DNA of 64,000 nucleotides from Octopus vulgaris (taxonomy: Eukaryota), in assembly GCA_951406725.2 (NCBI GenBank), contig OX597818.1, positions 122,326,001 to 122,390,000 on the forward strand, written 5' to 3'. A program made the position numbers and the translations under genes. Position 1 is the stretch's first letter; each line of letters opens with the position of its first letter. This document shows positions 41,436-54,743 of this stretch, piece by piece. The notes under the pieces are model-generated. The model had not been told where the DNA came from. It worked only from the letters and a program-made list of their open reading frames with translations, and made no database searches.

Positions 41436-43321
41436 CTTGCTATCCTTTCATGTCACTGTGTGTATTGTGAATATGGCTATTTAAGTCTTTATAAATCGAT
41501 AATCCAGTGGTTCTTATGAGTGCGGCTGAAAATGCTTCTTTCAAGTGATACGTTGTATAATAATCGTCTTGGGCGATCCCACAGATCCCTTTTCAAACAA
41601 TACTTGTCACTGGAGCTGAACTCAGCTTCACAAGGAACAACTTTATAATGATGCCATTAATGAGAGGTGATGTTGACTCTTTGATTCGTTGGTAGAGACA
41701 GTTTATGCTCTCATATTTGGGGACTACATTCTTCTCCTTACTCCTCGCTTTTCTCTCGGTATTCGCGGTATGCATGTATTTACGCATGGAATCAACAAGA
41801 CAGGTGTACTAACAAGCACATAGGCAAACACACACACACACACACATACACACAGACACACACGTATCAATACTGAAGCGCATAAACACTCATAGATGTA
41901 GCATATAGTGAGAATGAGTGGAGAGTAAGCTAACAACGAAGTTCAGGAGTAATAAAAGAAAATAATGTCACATCTTCGATTAAAAGAATAAATTTTACTA
42001 CACGAATTATGTTAACGACTTAAACTCTACGACGTTTCGTGTGAGAATATTCTGTCCCGTTTCTAATTTGTAAATATCTAAGAACAATCTACATCAATAG
42101 AAATACATTCGTGGGCTGTGTTTCCGATCTCCGGTTAAGAAATCTAGCAGTTGCTTCAAGTACTATAAGTTTTCCCGGTACCGTAACCTTTCCGCCAGCG
42201 CACTGCTCAAAGATCGTGAAATAATATTGCACGAAACTTTTGCCTGAAACCACCTAAGTAACACCAAAATTATTTCACTTTTCTTTGTAGGCACTAATGA
42301 GAACAACTCGAAGCGAATCATAAGTTAAATGTATCGTTGAAATTCTTCTACTCTTCGAAACAATGTCAATCGTATCATATTCTTTTACTAACAGCTACTG
42401 TATTGCATTTTGGATCTTGAAATCCTCGCTCACTTCACCACCAGGACACTCGTGAGCTTCAAGAACCAATATGGAATTCAATGAGAGACATGTTTCAAAG
42501 GAAAATTTTAAAATCTTTTCGAATCGGTAGAAATTATCTATTTTTTTTAAATGCAGTTTTGGCGTATAATCACACATTTAACCATGAGGTTTTGTACATA
42601 TATATAACCAATGAAATATATCTACAGAAATAAGTTTTCTTCACTAAGAAGAAGGAGGCATGGTTTCACTTAGCTGTTGCATTTGTTCTGAGGGTTGGAA
42701 TGTGAATTGGAAACTACTTTTATCGATGGGATAAACTCCAGTGATGTTATTTGAAATGTACAATTATAGTTTCTGAATGTTTTAAAGGGAATGCTTCGAC
42801 TCAGTAATTGTGTCTTTTTGGAGCTGCTGCCCTAAAACGTGGTTATCTTTGAAATAGAACTAGCTGTATGTGCGTCTGATAATGCGGACAAAACACGAGT
42901 AACTCTCTTTCATTCAATGCGATTTGAGTGATTATTATTCGTTTCTATAATCGTCCCGTTTCTTCATCGCCATTGAAGTAAACATTATTGCTCCTATAAA
43001 TGAGTCACAGGTGTTTCACTGTGGGATAATTACCATGTAATTTAAACCAACATCCTTTAGGCCATTTCGGATGCCGAAACATAGAAATTATTAATATATT
43101 TCCATCAACTTTATCTGTCATTACGCTTTGTCCCTGGACATCGATTTCATTCGCAATGATCACTGTTACATAGTCATAACATTTATAGCATATTTTAGTG
43201 CTCCACCAGCTACATATACGTCTACATTGAAAAGACCACCACGTGTAACAGTAAAATATTTAGACATGGTACTGCTCATCGATTATCGAAATCCATATTC
43301 GAATTTTTTTGAAATTTGAAA

Positions 43322-43901
43322 TAAAAGTGTCCGATAGTTATTACCGATATTCTTTCCTTCCTCTAACCTTACTATCTCAGTCAGTAAACTCTTGGCTATT
43401 TCCAGCGGTCAATGAAGATATACGGAGATGTACTTGCATAGCAAATGACATGATCTGAGATCGTGTCCTGGGACGAAAACAAAAGCAGCGTGGAAGGTGT
43501 ATATAAGCCATTTAAGAAACACACAGAAACCGTTAGATTCACTTCAACATTTAAATTTAATTTGTAAAAATATCTTCGTCGCTATGAGACCGTGACCTGT
43601 TCACTGACAAAATTCCGTGCTGCATATGAGCGGTCTCAAAGCGACGAAAATATTTTGACAAATTAAATTCAAATGTTGAAGTGAATCTGACGGTTTTTGT
43701 GTATTTCTTAAATGGATTATAAACACCTTCCACGCTGCAATTGTTTTCGTCCCAGCACACGATATCAGATCATGTCGCTTGCTATGCAAGTACATCTCCG
43801 TATATCTTCCTTGTCCGCTGGAAATAGCCAAGAGTTTACTGACTCAGATAGTAAGTTTAAAGGAAGGAAAGAATATCGGTAATGACTATCGGGCACTTTT
43901 A
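43322..43901. repeat. Long inverted repeat (arms 43322-43592 and 43631-43901, 38-bp spacer)
   Basis: About 270-bp arms, colinear without indels, about 22 substitutions counted by eye. Confidence 0.95.
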
Positions 43902-44426
43902 CCGGAAGCAAAAACACAACAAAACGGACTTACATATTCACATTCAATACCTTACTGATTTTTCTGCTATTAGGAGCGATGCACATAAAGTTGAGTGCTA
44001 GTGCAACGTCTTGTAGCTTCATCCGAACCATTACATGAGTGATAAATCTATAAGAAGTGAAATTAACTCTCAAATTTTCGAGCACGGTTCCTCAATGCAG
44101 GAAAAACTGTTAGCTAATGGACGTGATTATTACATAACATGTTTTTGTCATTCCCTTAATAAATAACTTATTTTCTGGTTCATAAAAAAAGATCAGAACT
44201 GTGGGCGTTAAGTGATTCCCATCAATTCACCGCCGCAGTTTAATAATAATGAACGTAGTGAGCAAAAGAATACGGAGTTCCAACAATTGATTATTGGAAT
44301 TAGCGGAATTATTAAATACATATGCATATGTGCATAAATCTATGCATACATACATACATACATGCATACATACATACATACATACATACATACATACAAT
44401 CATACATACATACATACATACATACA

Positions 44427-44458
<32 letters not shown>

Positions 44459-44619
44459 CATATGCGTGTGGAGAAATAAATTGAAAGGTATAATGAATAA
44501 GCACTCCAATCGGTCAAAACAACTTTATATCATTCCCAAATTATCAAACTCAAATATAAATATACATTAAAATAATACGGCACCAATAGTAAAACCCAAC
44601 AGTATAAAATATACACATA

Positions 44620-45910
44620 CGAGGGACGTTCAATAAGTAATGCCTCTGACCCACTTGCTGTTGTTTGATCTAGCCGAAATTCTTCATGTGCAATTATTTA
44701 TATCTCTATAGAGTAAGTGGCAAATTACAGCTCTGAATTAATTGTGGTTTCTGATTTACAGGTGTTTGAACTGAGTCAAGTGTGAAATAGAGCCTGTTGA
44801 GTGTCGAGCAGTGATCCGGTTTTTGTATTGGAAAGGACGCACACCACGGGAGACTTTTGATGAAATGAAAGTAACTTATGGTGATGATGCCCCATCATAT
44901 GACCTTGTAAAACGCTGGCATCGTGAATTCAAACATGGTCGGAACTCTGTGGAAACAGCTCCCAGATCTGGTCGCCCCCTTCAGCCATTGATGGGGCATC
45001 TGTCCGTCAAGTTGAGGCTGCCATTTTGGAAGATCGACGCATAATTATTCGCCAAATAGCCCATGAGGTCAAGATTAGTACCGGGTCTGTGGAAACTATC
45101 ATTCATGACCATTTGCATATGCAAAAGGTGTCTGCCAGATGGATTCCCAGGTTGCTCACGCCTTTCCAGAAGCAAGAACGCGTCGAGTGCTCGAGGGTGA
45201 ATTTGGAGATGTGCCAAGAAGATGAGTCAAAATTTTTCAAAAGACTGATTACACAGGATGAAACTTGGGTCCATCACGATGATCCAGAGACCAAAGTACA
45301 GTCAATGCAGTGGAAGCACCGTGACTCACCCCCTCCAAAGAAGGCAAGGGTGCAGCCCTCCGCTGGCAAGGTCATGCTCACAGTCTTCTGGGACCAGGAC
45401 GGAGTAGTGATGACAGATTTCCTGGCAAAGTGTACCACAATTGCAGGAGCCTATTATGCTTCACTTTTGAGGAAATTAAGAGAAGTTATCAAAATCAAGA
45501 GGCGGGGCAAGATCAGCAAAGGCATCCTCCTCCTGCAGGACAACGCTCCGGTCCACAACTCGCGTGTCGCCAGATCAGAAGCACAGGCGTATGGCTATGA
45601 ACTCCTCCTCATCGCCCCTACTTTCCTGACCTTGCACCCTCTGATTTTCACCTCTTCCCAATCATGAAGTTGTTTTTGAAAGGAAAGCGTATCCTAGACG
45701 ATGCAGCCTTGATTTCTGAAGTCACGTTGAGGCTGGAGGACCAAGCTGGGTTCTTCTACAAAAACGGTCTCCGGAGCCGCATGAAACGATGGGAGAAATG
45801 CGTAACTCTGGGTGGTTCATATGTAGAAAAAGACTAGTAACTGTGCCAAGTTTCGTTGCTCTACTGCTATGGGAAGTGGGTCAGGGGCATTACTTATTGA
45901 ACGCCCCTCG
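44620..45910 (+). mobile_element. Full-length mariner (DD34D) DNA transposon, defective
   Basis: TIRs cgagggacgttcaataagtaatgcctctgacccactt / aagtgggtcaggggcattacttattgaacgcccctcg; TA on both sides; 1291 bp. Confidence 0.95.
44787..45837 (+). pseudogene. Mariner transposase pseudogene (start ATG appears as ATA, two frameshifts)
   Basis: WIPRLL, ITQDETWVHH, LLQDNAPVH, HRPYFPDLAPSD; 34 residues between the second and third Asp once a 1-bp deletion near 45610 is restored. Confidence 0.92.
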
Positions 45911-46037
45911 TATATACGAATAAAAGGTGATAAAACCTAAAAGGATGAAGTCGAATGAAGAAAAGTATGTGGAATAAATTAATGCATACTAAAGTCGACT
46001 AAAAATTTATGTATATATATGTATGTGTATATATATG

Positions 46038-46104
<67 letters not shown>

Positions 46105-46108
<4 letters not shown>

Positions 46109-47180
46109 CGGGGGTTTTGTCCTTGTGTAGCTCGTCCTGTATTTGTTTTTCGTTTTCATGTTTTTCGTTTTCCGTTTTCTTGTTTTTTGTTTTTTGGCTT
46201 TTTCCGTTTCTACGTCTTTTTGTGATGTCCTGTACTCCCGTATAATTATTTATGTATGCATGTATATATACATGTAGATGTAGGTACGTACATATATGTT
46301 TGTATGTATGCATATATTTTTATTATCTCCTTATTGTCTGACAGCGCCCCGCATCAGGTTCGTTCCGATTCGTCGTTTCGATCCACTTCTTGGTTCCCTT
46401 TTTTTATATTTATATTATTATATTGAAGATGCGGTACTCTCTCCCTTTGCTTTAACCTCTTCAATCTTTCTCCCTCCCACTCCTCCTCTCTCTTCGCCGC
46501 GTGTCCCCCTCCTCCTTCCCTCTTCCTTGCCTATAAAACAAAATTCCTTAACACGTGGTTCCCACTTTTGAAAAGACTGCCTCCACGCGCTGCTACTACA
46601 CTTTCGTCCTTGCCAGCAAAAGGCCTCTTCGTTCGTCCCCTTGTGTGGTTGATTTCCTGTATAGTATTCTTGTTATTTTCTCGTTTTGTAACTAATTGTA
46701 CTTTTTGTACATGTTTTTTTATTTTTGCAGTTTTATCGTTTGTCTATGCCAGAAAAAAGGCTTTTTCGTTCGTCCTCTTGTGTTTGTTTTTGTACATGTA
46801 TTTTAATTTTGCAGTCTTATTGTTACGTCTTGTTTGTGTTCGTACTTATTTTGCCCCGCTGCTTAGAATTTTATTTTAATTCTCTCGCAGGAAGGCCTAT
46901 TGGATTAGTGTTCTGTTATGCCTTCGAAACATGCCTGACTCCTCTAGCGACAGCTGATGACGGGGGTTTTGTCCTTGTGTAGCTCGTCCTGTATTTGTTT
47001 TTCGTTTTCATGTTTTTCGTTTTCCGTTTTCTTGTTTTTTGTTTTTTGGCTTTTTCCGTTTCTACGTCTTTTTGTGATGTCCTGTACTCCCGTATAATTA
47101 TTTATGTATGCATGTATATATACATGTAGATGTAGGTACGTACATATATGTTTGTATGTATGCATATATTTTTATTATCT

Positions 47181-47183
<3 letters not shown>
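46105..47183. mobile_element. Non-coding element bounded by 227-bp direct repeats (46105-46331, 46957-47183) inside (TA)n
   Basis: Repeats appear identical; ORF-track entries 45999-46313 and 46944-47165 share the same peptide. Confidence 0.8.
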
Positions 47184-47246
<63 letters not shown>

Positions 47247-48657
47247 CATATATATATGTATGTATGTGCATGTTTGTGTACATATATATTTATATGTGTG
47301 TGCATATATATGTGCTTATATACTTATGTATATATACACATATACATACACACACACATATACATAGTGAGAATTTACAAAAAAAAGAAAAAAAGACGAA
47401 GACGGGTGTCTAAACAATAAACAGATGTATTTAACGCTCGGGAAGGGAGTAGGTCTTTTACGTTTCGAGCCGACGCTCTTCGACAGAAAGGAACACAGAA
47501 ATAAAAGGGAGAGAAAAAAAGTTTTTGTGGCTACCATTGTTAAAAATAACAATAATAGATGAAACGGCCAGCAAGTTTAACCTGTATAGGCAAAATATAT
47601 GAATAAATTATTGTAATGAAACACCAGCTTACTAGAAATAGTTTACTTCGTAGTTTTTGGAGAGCTAAGACCTGCTTTTCTGACATTCTTTCCATTCACC
47701 ATACGTGTTTCTTAATAGTGAAAACTTGTGGCGTTGGAGTGTTGACTCCTATTTCTAGCAAGGTCCTGTTTCCAATTTTTTCTCTCGTTATTTATGTATT
47801 TAACACGTTTGTTTAGTACTTCATGTTGTTTGCACTGTCGGTGCATATACTTTACATATATATATATATGCATATATATATGTGTGTATTTATATGCATG
47901 CATGTATATATATATATATGTATGTATGTATTTATATATATATATATATTATATATATATATGTATATATATATATGTATATATGTATATATATAGGTAT
48001 ATATTATTTATTATTATTAGTTAATTGAACGCCACGCATCCATTTCCAAATAAGTTTATCTTCACCTTTTTGATGCGACTTAAGTTGTTTTCTTCCTCCA
48101 TCCTTCTCTAATTACCTTTTCTCCCCTCCCTTTTCACCATTTTCTATCTGTCTCTCCCTACCCTCTCTTTCTCTTTTTTTCTCTCTTGTTGCTCACACAT
48201 GACTATCGTCCATCTTTCTTTTTCTGCACAGACTTTGAAAAGACTTGACGCTTTTTTCTCTCTCTTCTATCGTTTCCCATTTTAAAGAAAATATTTCTTC
48301 CAGCGTTCACTATTTTCCTCTCGTTCGGGTCTAACGACCCTCCATTTTCGTTTTCGTTTGGTTTCCTTGCATGTCTCCACCGTCCTGCTTTTGTTCCCAG
48401 CTTTGACGCTCTATAAATCCTAAATTTTATTTCAGAATTTATGGGAGAAACTGTCTTTGAAGACTCATATTGTGGTTGAATACGCAGCATGACGAGTAGA
48501 TAGACAGCCGATAAATGTTGAAGGATCCTTCTTTCCTAACATTTTCTCTCGTTGTTTACGTATTTAACTCGTTTGCTTACGTATTTCATGTTGTTTGCAC
48601 AGTTGGTGACGACCTGTACCTATATATGCATATATATATATGTATGTATGTATATAT

Positions 48658-48699
<42 letters not shown>

Positions 48700-48782
48700 G
48701 CATATATATATATATATATACATATATACATATGTATTATTTATTATTATCTACTTGAACGACACGCATTATTTTCCAAGTA

Positions 48783-48840
<58 letters not shown>

Positions 48841-48861
48841 TATACATACATATATATTTAT

Positions 48862-48900
<39 letters not shown>

Positions 48901-48931
48901 CATATATATATATACATATATATATATACAT

Positions 48932-49008
<77 letters not shown>

Positions 49009-49879
49009 CATGTACATAGACACATATATGTATACACATATATATATAATTTATGAATGTGAACAGATGCATTCATATCTATCCTATTTCTGCTTCGCAT
49101 GTATCGACATAGCTATCAACGTGAATACTAATATATATTATAAATCGAAGGCCTATATTTGAGATATCCGAAGCAATCGCGTTGTTTGGATTAGTATCTT
49201 CTCTTCAGAGAATTACAGAAAGTTACTCTATAGTGTCACAATATTATTAAGTGTTAAAGATCAAGTACAAAAACAACAAAACAAAAGGTAAAAGGCATAT
49301 AAAACAAAAAGCAACAAGATATATGATTCCGACTTTGCAACCAAGACAACTTCTATACATACAACGTACTTGACATTCAACAATTGATCGCTGAACATAT
49401 TGACCGTATGTCACGTTCAAATTCATCATACAATTTCTCACCACAATTTATTCTATGCCATTTATCTTACAGTTACACTGTCACGCTTTATATATACACA
49501 TACACACAGAAATAGTCACACACACACACACACACACACACATACATACATACATACATACATACATACATACATACATACATACATACATACATACATG
49601 TAAATGCTCACATACTTACAGACGTAAACTACACGTATGCATGCATATATATAAGCATGTGTCTGTGTGTGTGTACATGCGTGACTGGGTGTATATGTGC
49701 CGGTGTTGTGTATTGGTAGCTATCGATCAGATACTCAGGCGCTGAGGCAGTCACCGACAATTGAGAAGCGACCCGAGGGATCATGGCTGCTGCCGCTGCC
49801 GCTGCTGCTTCTGACGATATGTTTGTGTGTTCGTATGTATGTGTGTGTATGTGTGTGTATGTTCGTGTGTATTTGTGAG

Positions 49880-49930
<51 letters not shown>

Positions 49931-50294
49931 CCAGATATATTGTTATATATCTATGTGTGTGTATGTGTGTGTGAGTGAGACGTATTTTATGTGTAATAAT
50001 GGAAATTTAATTATTATTCCGGTCACACAGTTTCATTTACACAGAGTCAAACTGTTTTTATGAGGAGAAAGTGAGAAAAAAATCCACACACCCAACTATA
50101 TATGATTATGCATGTATGTACCTCTGTCGTCCGTCCGTCTGTACGTACGACGTGTGTATGTATGTATGTATGTATGTATGTATGTATGTATGTATGTATG
50201 TATGTATGTATGTATGTATGTATGTATGTATGTATGTATGTGTGCGCGTCTGTCTGTCTGATTGTCTCTCTGTATGTCTGTTTCCGTCTTTGTT

Positions 50295-50415
<121 letters not shown>

Positions 50416-50917
50416 GTACCAACCTATTTGTAAATGTGTGGGGGATGTATCATGCTTGGGGTGTGCAACATACTAAGCTTTAACATTACTCCTTCTCATC
50501 AACATCATCATCATCATCATCATCACCATTGTCGTCGTCGTCGTCATCTTTATCATCATCATTAGCAGCAATAGTAGCTGCAGCAACAATAGTAGCAGCA
50601 ACAACAGCAGCAACAGCAGCAACAGCAACAGCGATATCAGCAAAATAATGGAACCAGTGTACAGTTGCAGATGATGTCGCCAAAGTGCTAAGATCAGACT
50701 CACATTTACCATATTCCATATTTCGTCGTTTGGAGTAAAACCACATGGTTGTCTCCATCTACCATTGTGTTTTCAGCAAAATTAGTCCTTTAAGTAACGA
50801 TCTGTTCTTATCCTAATTTGATGGCGGTAATGATGGTGAAGAAGGTAATGATGATGATTATGATGATGTCGTCGACAATGACGACGACGACGACGACGAC
50901 GATAATGATAATAATAA

Positions 50918-51130
50918 TCCTTTATACTATAGGCACAAGGACCGAAATTTGAGCGGGGAGGGGACTAGTTGGTTACATCGACCCCAGTGAATCACAGGTA
51001 CTTAATTTATCGTCCTCGAAAAGATGTAAGTCGACGTCGGCAAAATTTGAACCCAGAAGTCAGCAACGGACGAAATACCGCTAAGCATTTTTTTCCCGCC
51101 GTGCTAACTAATCTGCCAGCTCACCGCCCT
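50918..51130 (-). mobile_element. SINE family A-related copy
   Basis: acatcgaccccagtg...ggtacttaatttatcg...aatttgaacccagaa...ctgccagctcaccgcc. Confidence 0.8.
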
Positions 51131-51143
51131 GATGATGACGATG

Positions 51144-51185
<42 letters not shown>

Positions 51186-51254
51186 GTGTTGATGATGATG
51201 ATGATGCTGATGATGAAGATGATGATGATGATGATGTTGATGATGATGATGATG

Positions 51255-51318
<64 letters not shown>

Positions 51319-51340
51319 TAATAATAATAACAATAATAGT

Positions 51341-51691
51341 AACCTGAAAATTGAAATATAGAAGATGTGGCATCTTAAAGCGAGAACTGTTCCTGTTATT
51401 GTGGGTGCCCTAGGTATGAAAGGGATGTCAGAAACATCTAGATAATATCCCAGGAGAACCATGTCTCAGAGAAGTCCAAAAGATTGTTCTGACACAAACT
51501 ACCCACATCCTTAGAAAAACTTTATCAATTTAAATGTTTGTGTTGTATTACATGAAGATATTTCGCTACTGCCCCTGCTACCTCCCCTCCCCAAGCTTTC
51601 AATCATACCGTAGCATCTCTTATCCTTCACTCACCCAAGGACCCAGGGTGTGTCGTGGTAAGTGATTGTAAGAAACATGAAGATTGAAAGT
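51341..51691 (+). mobile_element. R4/Dong-like 3' fragment
   Basis: NLKIEI*KMWHLKARTVPVIVGALG...EVQKIVLTQTTHILRK; (AAT)n on both sides. Confidence 0.82.
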
Positions 51692-51692
51692 A

Positions 51693-51744
<52 letters not shown>

Positions 51745-51761
51745 GTAATAATAATAATAAT

Positions 51762-52127
51762 GACAAACTTAGTAATTATAAAGACCTGGAAATCGAAATA
51801 CAAAAGATGTGGAATCTTAAGACAAAAACTGTTCCTGTTATTGTAGGTGCCCTAGGTATGATAAAAAAGGGATGTCAGAAACACCTAGACAATATCCCTG
51901 GAGAACCATGTCTCAAGGAAATCCAAAAGATTGTGCTAACAAGTACTGCCCACATCCTTAGAAAAACCCTATCAAGTAAATGTTTGTGTTTGTATTACAT
52001 GGAGATATTTCTCTACTTCCCCTCCCCAAGCTTTCAACTATATTTCAACAACTCTTAACCTTCACTTGCCCTAGGACGCTGGGTGTGTTCCGGCAAGTGA
52101 TTGCATCAAACATGCAGATTAAAAGTA
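51762..52127 (+). mobile_element. R4/Dong-like 3' fragment, tandem to the previous copy
   Basis: DKLSNYKDLEIEIQKMWNLKTKTVPVIVGALGMIKKG...IQKIVLTSTAHILRKTLS; (AAT)n on both sides. Confidence 0.87.
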
Positions 52128-53301
52128 AATGACAATGATAATAATAATAATAACTAAAATTTCGTAGTTTACGACGTTTTGTGTGGAACTGCTTACTTGA
52201 CTATTATGTTTCCATACAGCAGTGGTCCCTGGGTAGCTTTTCTTTTTCATTTGCCGTACCGATTAATGAATGAAGCCACTCGTTTGTTCGTGTTCGAAAT
52301 TCCATGATTTGGAATGATAAGAATGTCTGTCCCACATTGTGTTGGCTGAATGCCGAATCACTGACCAGGAAGGAGTTTCACACTTATGTGTGTGTGTGTG
52401 TGTTTGTGTGTATGTGTGTGTGTGAATGTATATGTGTGTGTATGTGTATGTGTGTATGTATGTATGTGTGTGGGAGTCAATCCATCAGCACACTAAGCTA
52501 TCCCAATACCCATCATCATCGTCATCGTCATCGTCGTCGTTGTTGTCAGAAGCAACGTGCGAGCCATAAGATCAGAAGCCACGAGAGCCACTGCCTGGTA
52601 TTGCACCAGTTATTATTATTATTATTATTATTATTATTGAAGCGGTGCGCTGGCAGAATCGATAGCATGCCGGGCAAAACGGTTAGCGGTATTTCGCCCG
52701 TAGCTACGTTTTGCGTTCAAATGAAAGCCCTCACAGTTGTCACCACACCGCAAAATGCATCACTTCCTACAATATTTTGCAAAACATTAATTTTAAACAG
52801 CACAAATTCTCAGAGTTGTCCCACTTCCCGTTCTTGACCAGAGTTGGTCATGGGCATACTGATATGCCCTCATCAATGAGGATGTAGTCTTATAATTATC
52901 ATAACTCCTTCGTTTTCTGACTCAAGCATAACCGACTTCTATTTTATTACCTGTTGAATTACAAGCTCATATCTGCCCGGCATACCGTACATCCGTACAC
53001 CAATGTACAACGGAGATAAATATCAATCCAAAATATGGACGAGTGTCATCAATTAGGAAGTAGTTTCGATAATTCTGAAGATCAAAGTTGCTTGGATAAA
53101 GCGGAGAACACAAGAGAAGGAGAAATCCAAAGGCATGGACTGCAAATGACGTTGCTGCGAAGTAATCTTAATGAGAGATTCATCAATGTCACATTCTTGG
53201 GTAAATCTCGTAACCTCTTACACTTGAATGCATTCGTCTTATAAAATCCTATGCCTGCACATGTTGGGATTCTGTTATATTTTGCAAGAATGAAGTTATC
53301 A

Positions 53302-53364
<63 letters not shown>

Positions 53365-53449
53365 TCTCTCCTCCCTCTCTCTCTGTATATATATATATAT
53401 ATATACACTTACTTGAAATTAGATATATATATATCTAACTAACTAACTA

Positions 53450-53529
<80 letters not shown>

Positions 53530-54204
53530 ATACAGTACGTCACCAACTGTGTATACAACCTGAAGTACAGAAACAACGAGTTAAATACGCAAACAACGAG
53601 AGAAAAAATGGTAAACAGGACAAGTAATACGGAGAACAACCATTCATCAGTTGTCGGCTGTCTTTCTACTCCCCGTTTCGAGCATTCATCGATTTATGGA
53701 GGGTCAAAGATGGGTACAAAAACAGGACAGTGGAGACATACAAGGAAACTGTTTCCACTGTTCTGATTTTGTCGCAAACTTTGACCCCTCCATAAATACA
53801 AAGTTTTATATTGGAATTTGTGGGAGCAACTATCTTCGAAGACTCATATTGTCATTGAATGCTCAATATAAGGAGTAGACAGCCGACAACTGATGAAGAG
53901 TCATTCTCCTTGTTACATGTCCTGTTTTCCGTTGTATATGTGTGTGTGAGTGTCTGCGTGTGTGTGTATATATTTATGTATTCATGTGTGCATGTATGAA
54001 TGTAAATGTAGCACTCCGTCGGTTACGACGATGAAGGTCCCAGTTGATCCGATCAACGGAACAGCCTGCCCGTAAAATTAACCTGCAAGTGGCTGAGCAC
54101 TCTACAGACACGTTTATCCTTAACGTAGTTTTCGAAGGAGATTCACCGTGACTCAGAGAATGAGAAGGCTCGCTCTTTGAAATACAGGTACAACAGATTG
54201 AGCC

Positions 54205-54687
54205 CACAAACAAACTGTAAAGACAGAAATGTAGTCTATAGTATAAGATGTATAGAGGGATGATGCAGTAACAACACAACGACATACGTAGGGGAAACGG
54301 CACGGAGCATAGGAGAGCGGGTAACTGAACATTGGAGAGAACTTAAGGAAGAAAAGTGCTCATCGGTTCTGTACCAACACGCCGTGCAGGAACATGGGGG
54401 CTCACTCATCAAAATAGAAGTTAAAATCTTCTCCACACACAGAACAAACGCAACAATCAGACAAATTACGGAAGCTACACACATAATAGAAGATAAACCT
54501 AGCCTGAATAGGAAACTGGAATGGAAACTAGCACCCCCCTCAACACACCACAGCATACGACAGAAGAAGATCCCCATAAACTGGTAACAATATAAACAAA
54601 ACTAAAATCATAAAATACACAGGTAAATAAACAAATGGAAGTAAATAACTATTACATTAAAAAAATAATTTAACTAAATATAGCCAA

Positions 54688-54743
<56 letters not shown>

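Noticed and set aside
42165-42195. GYGTGKT Walker A-like peptide on the minus strand
   Set aside because: It lies in a short frame bounded by stops, with no Walker B or other helicase motifs.
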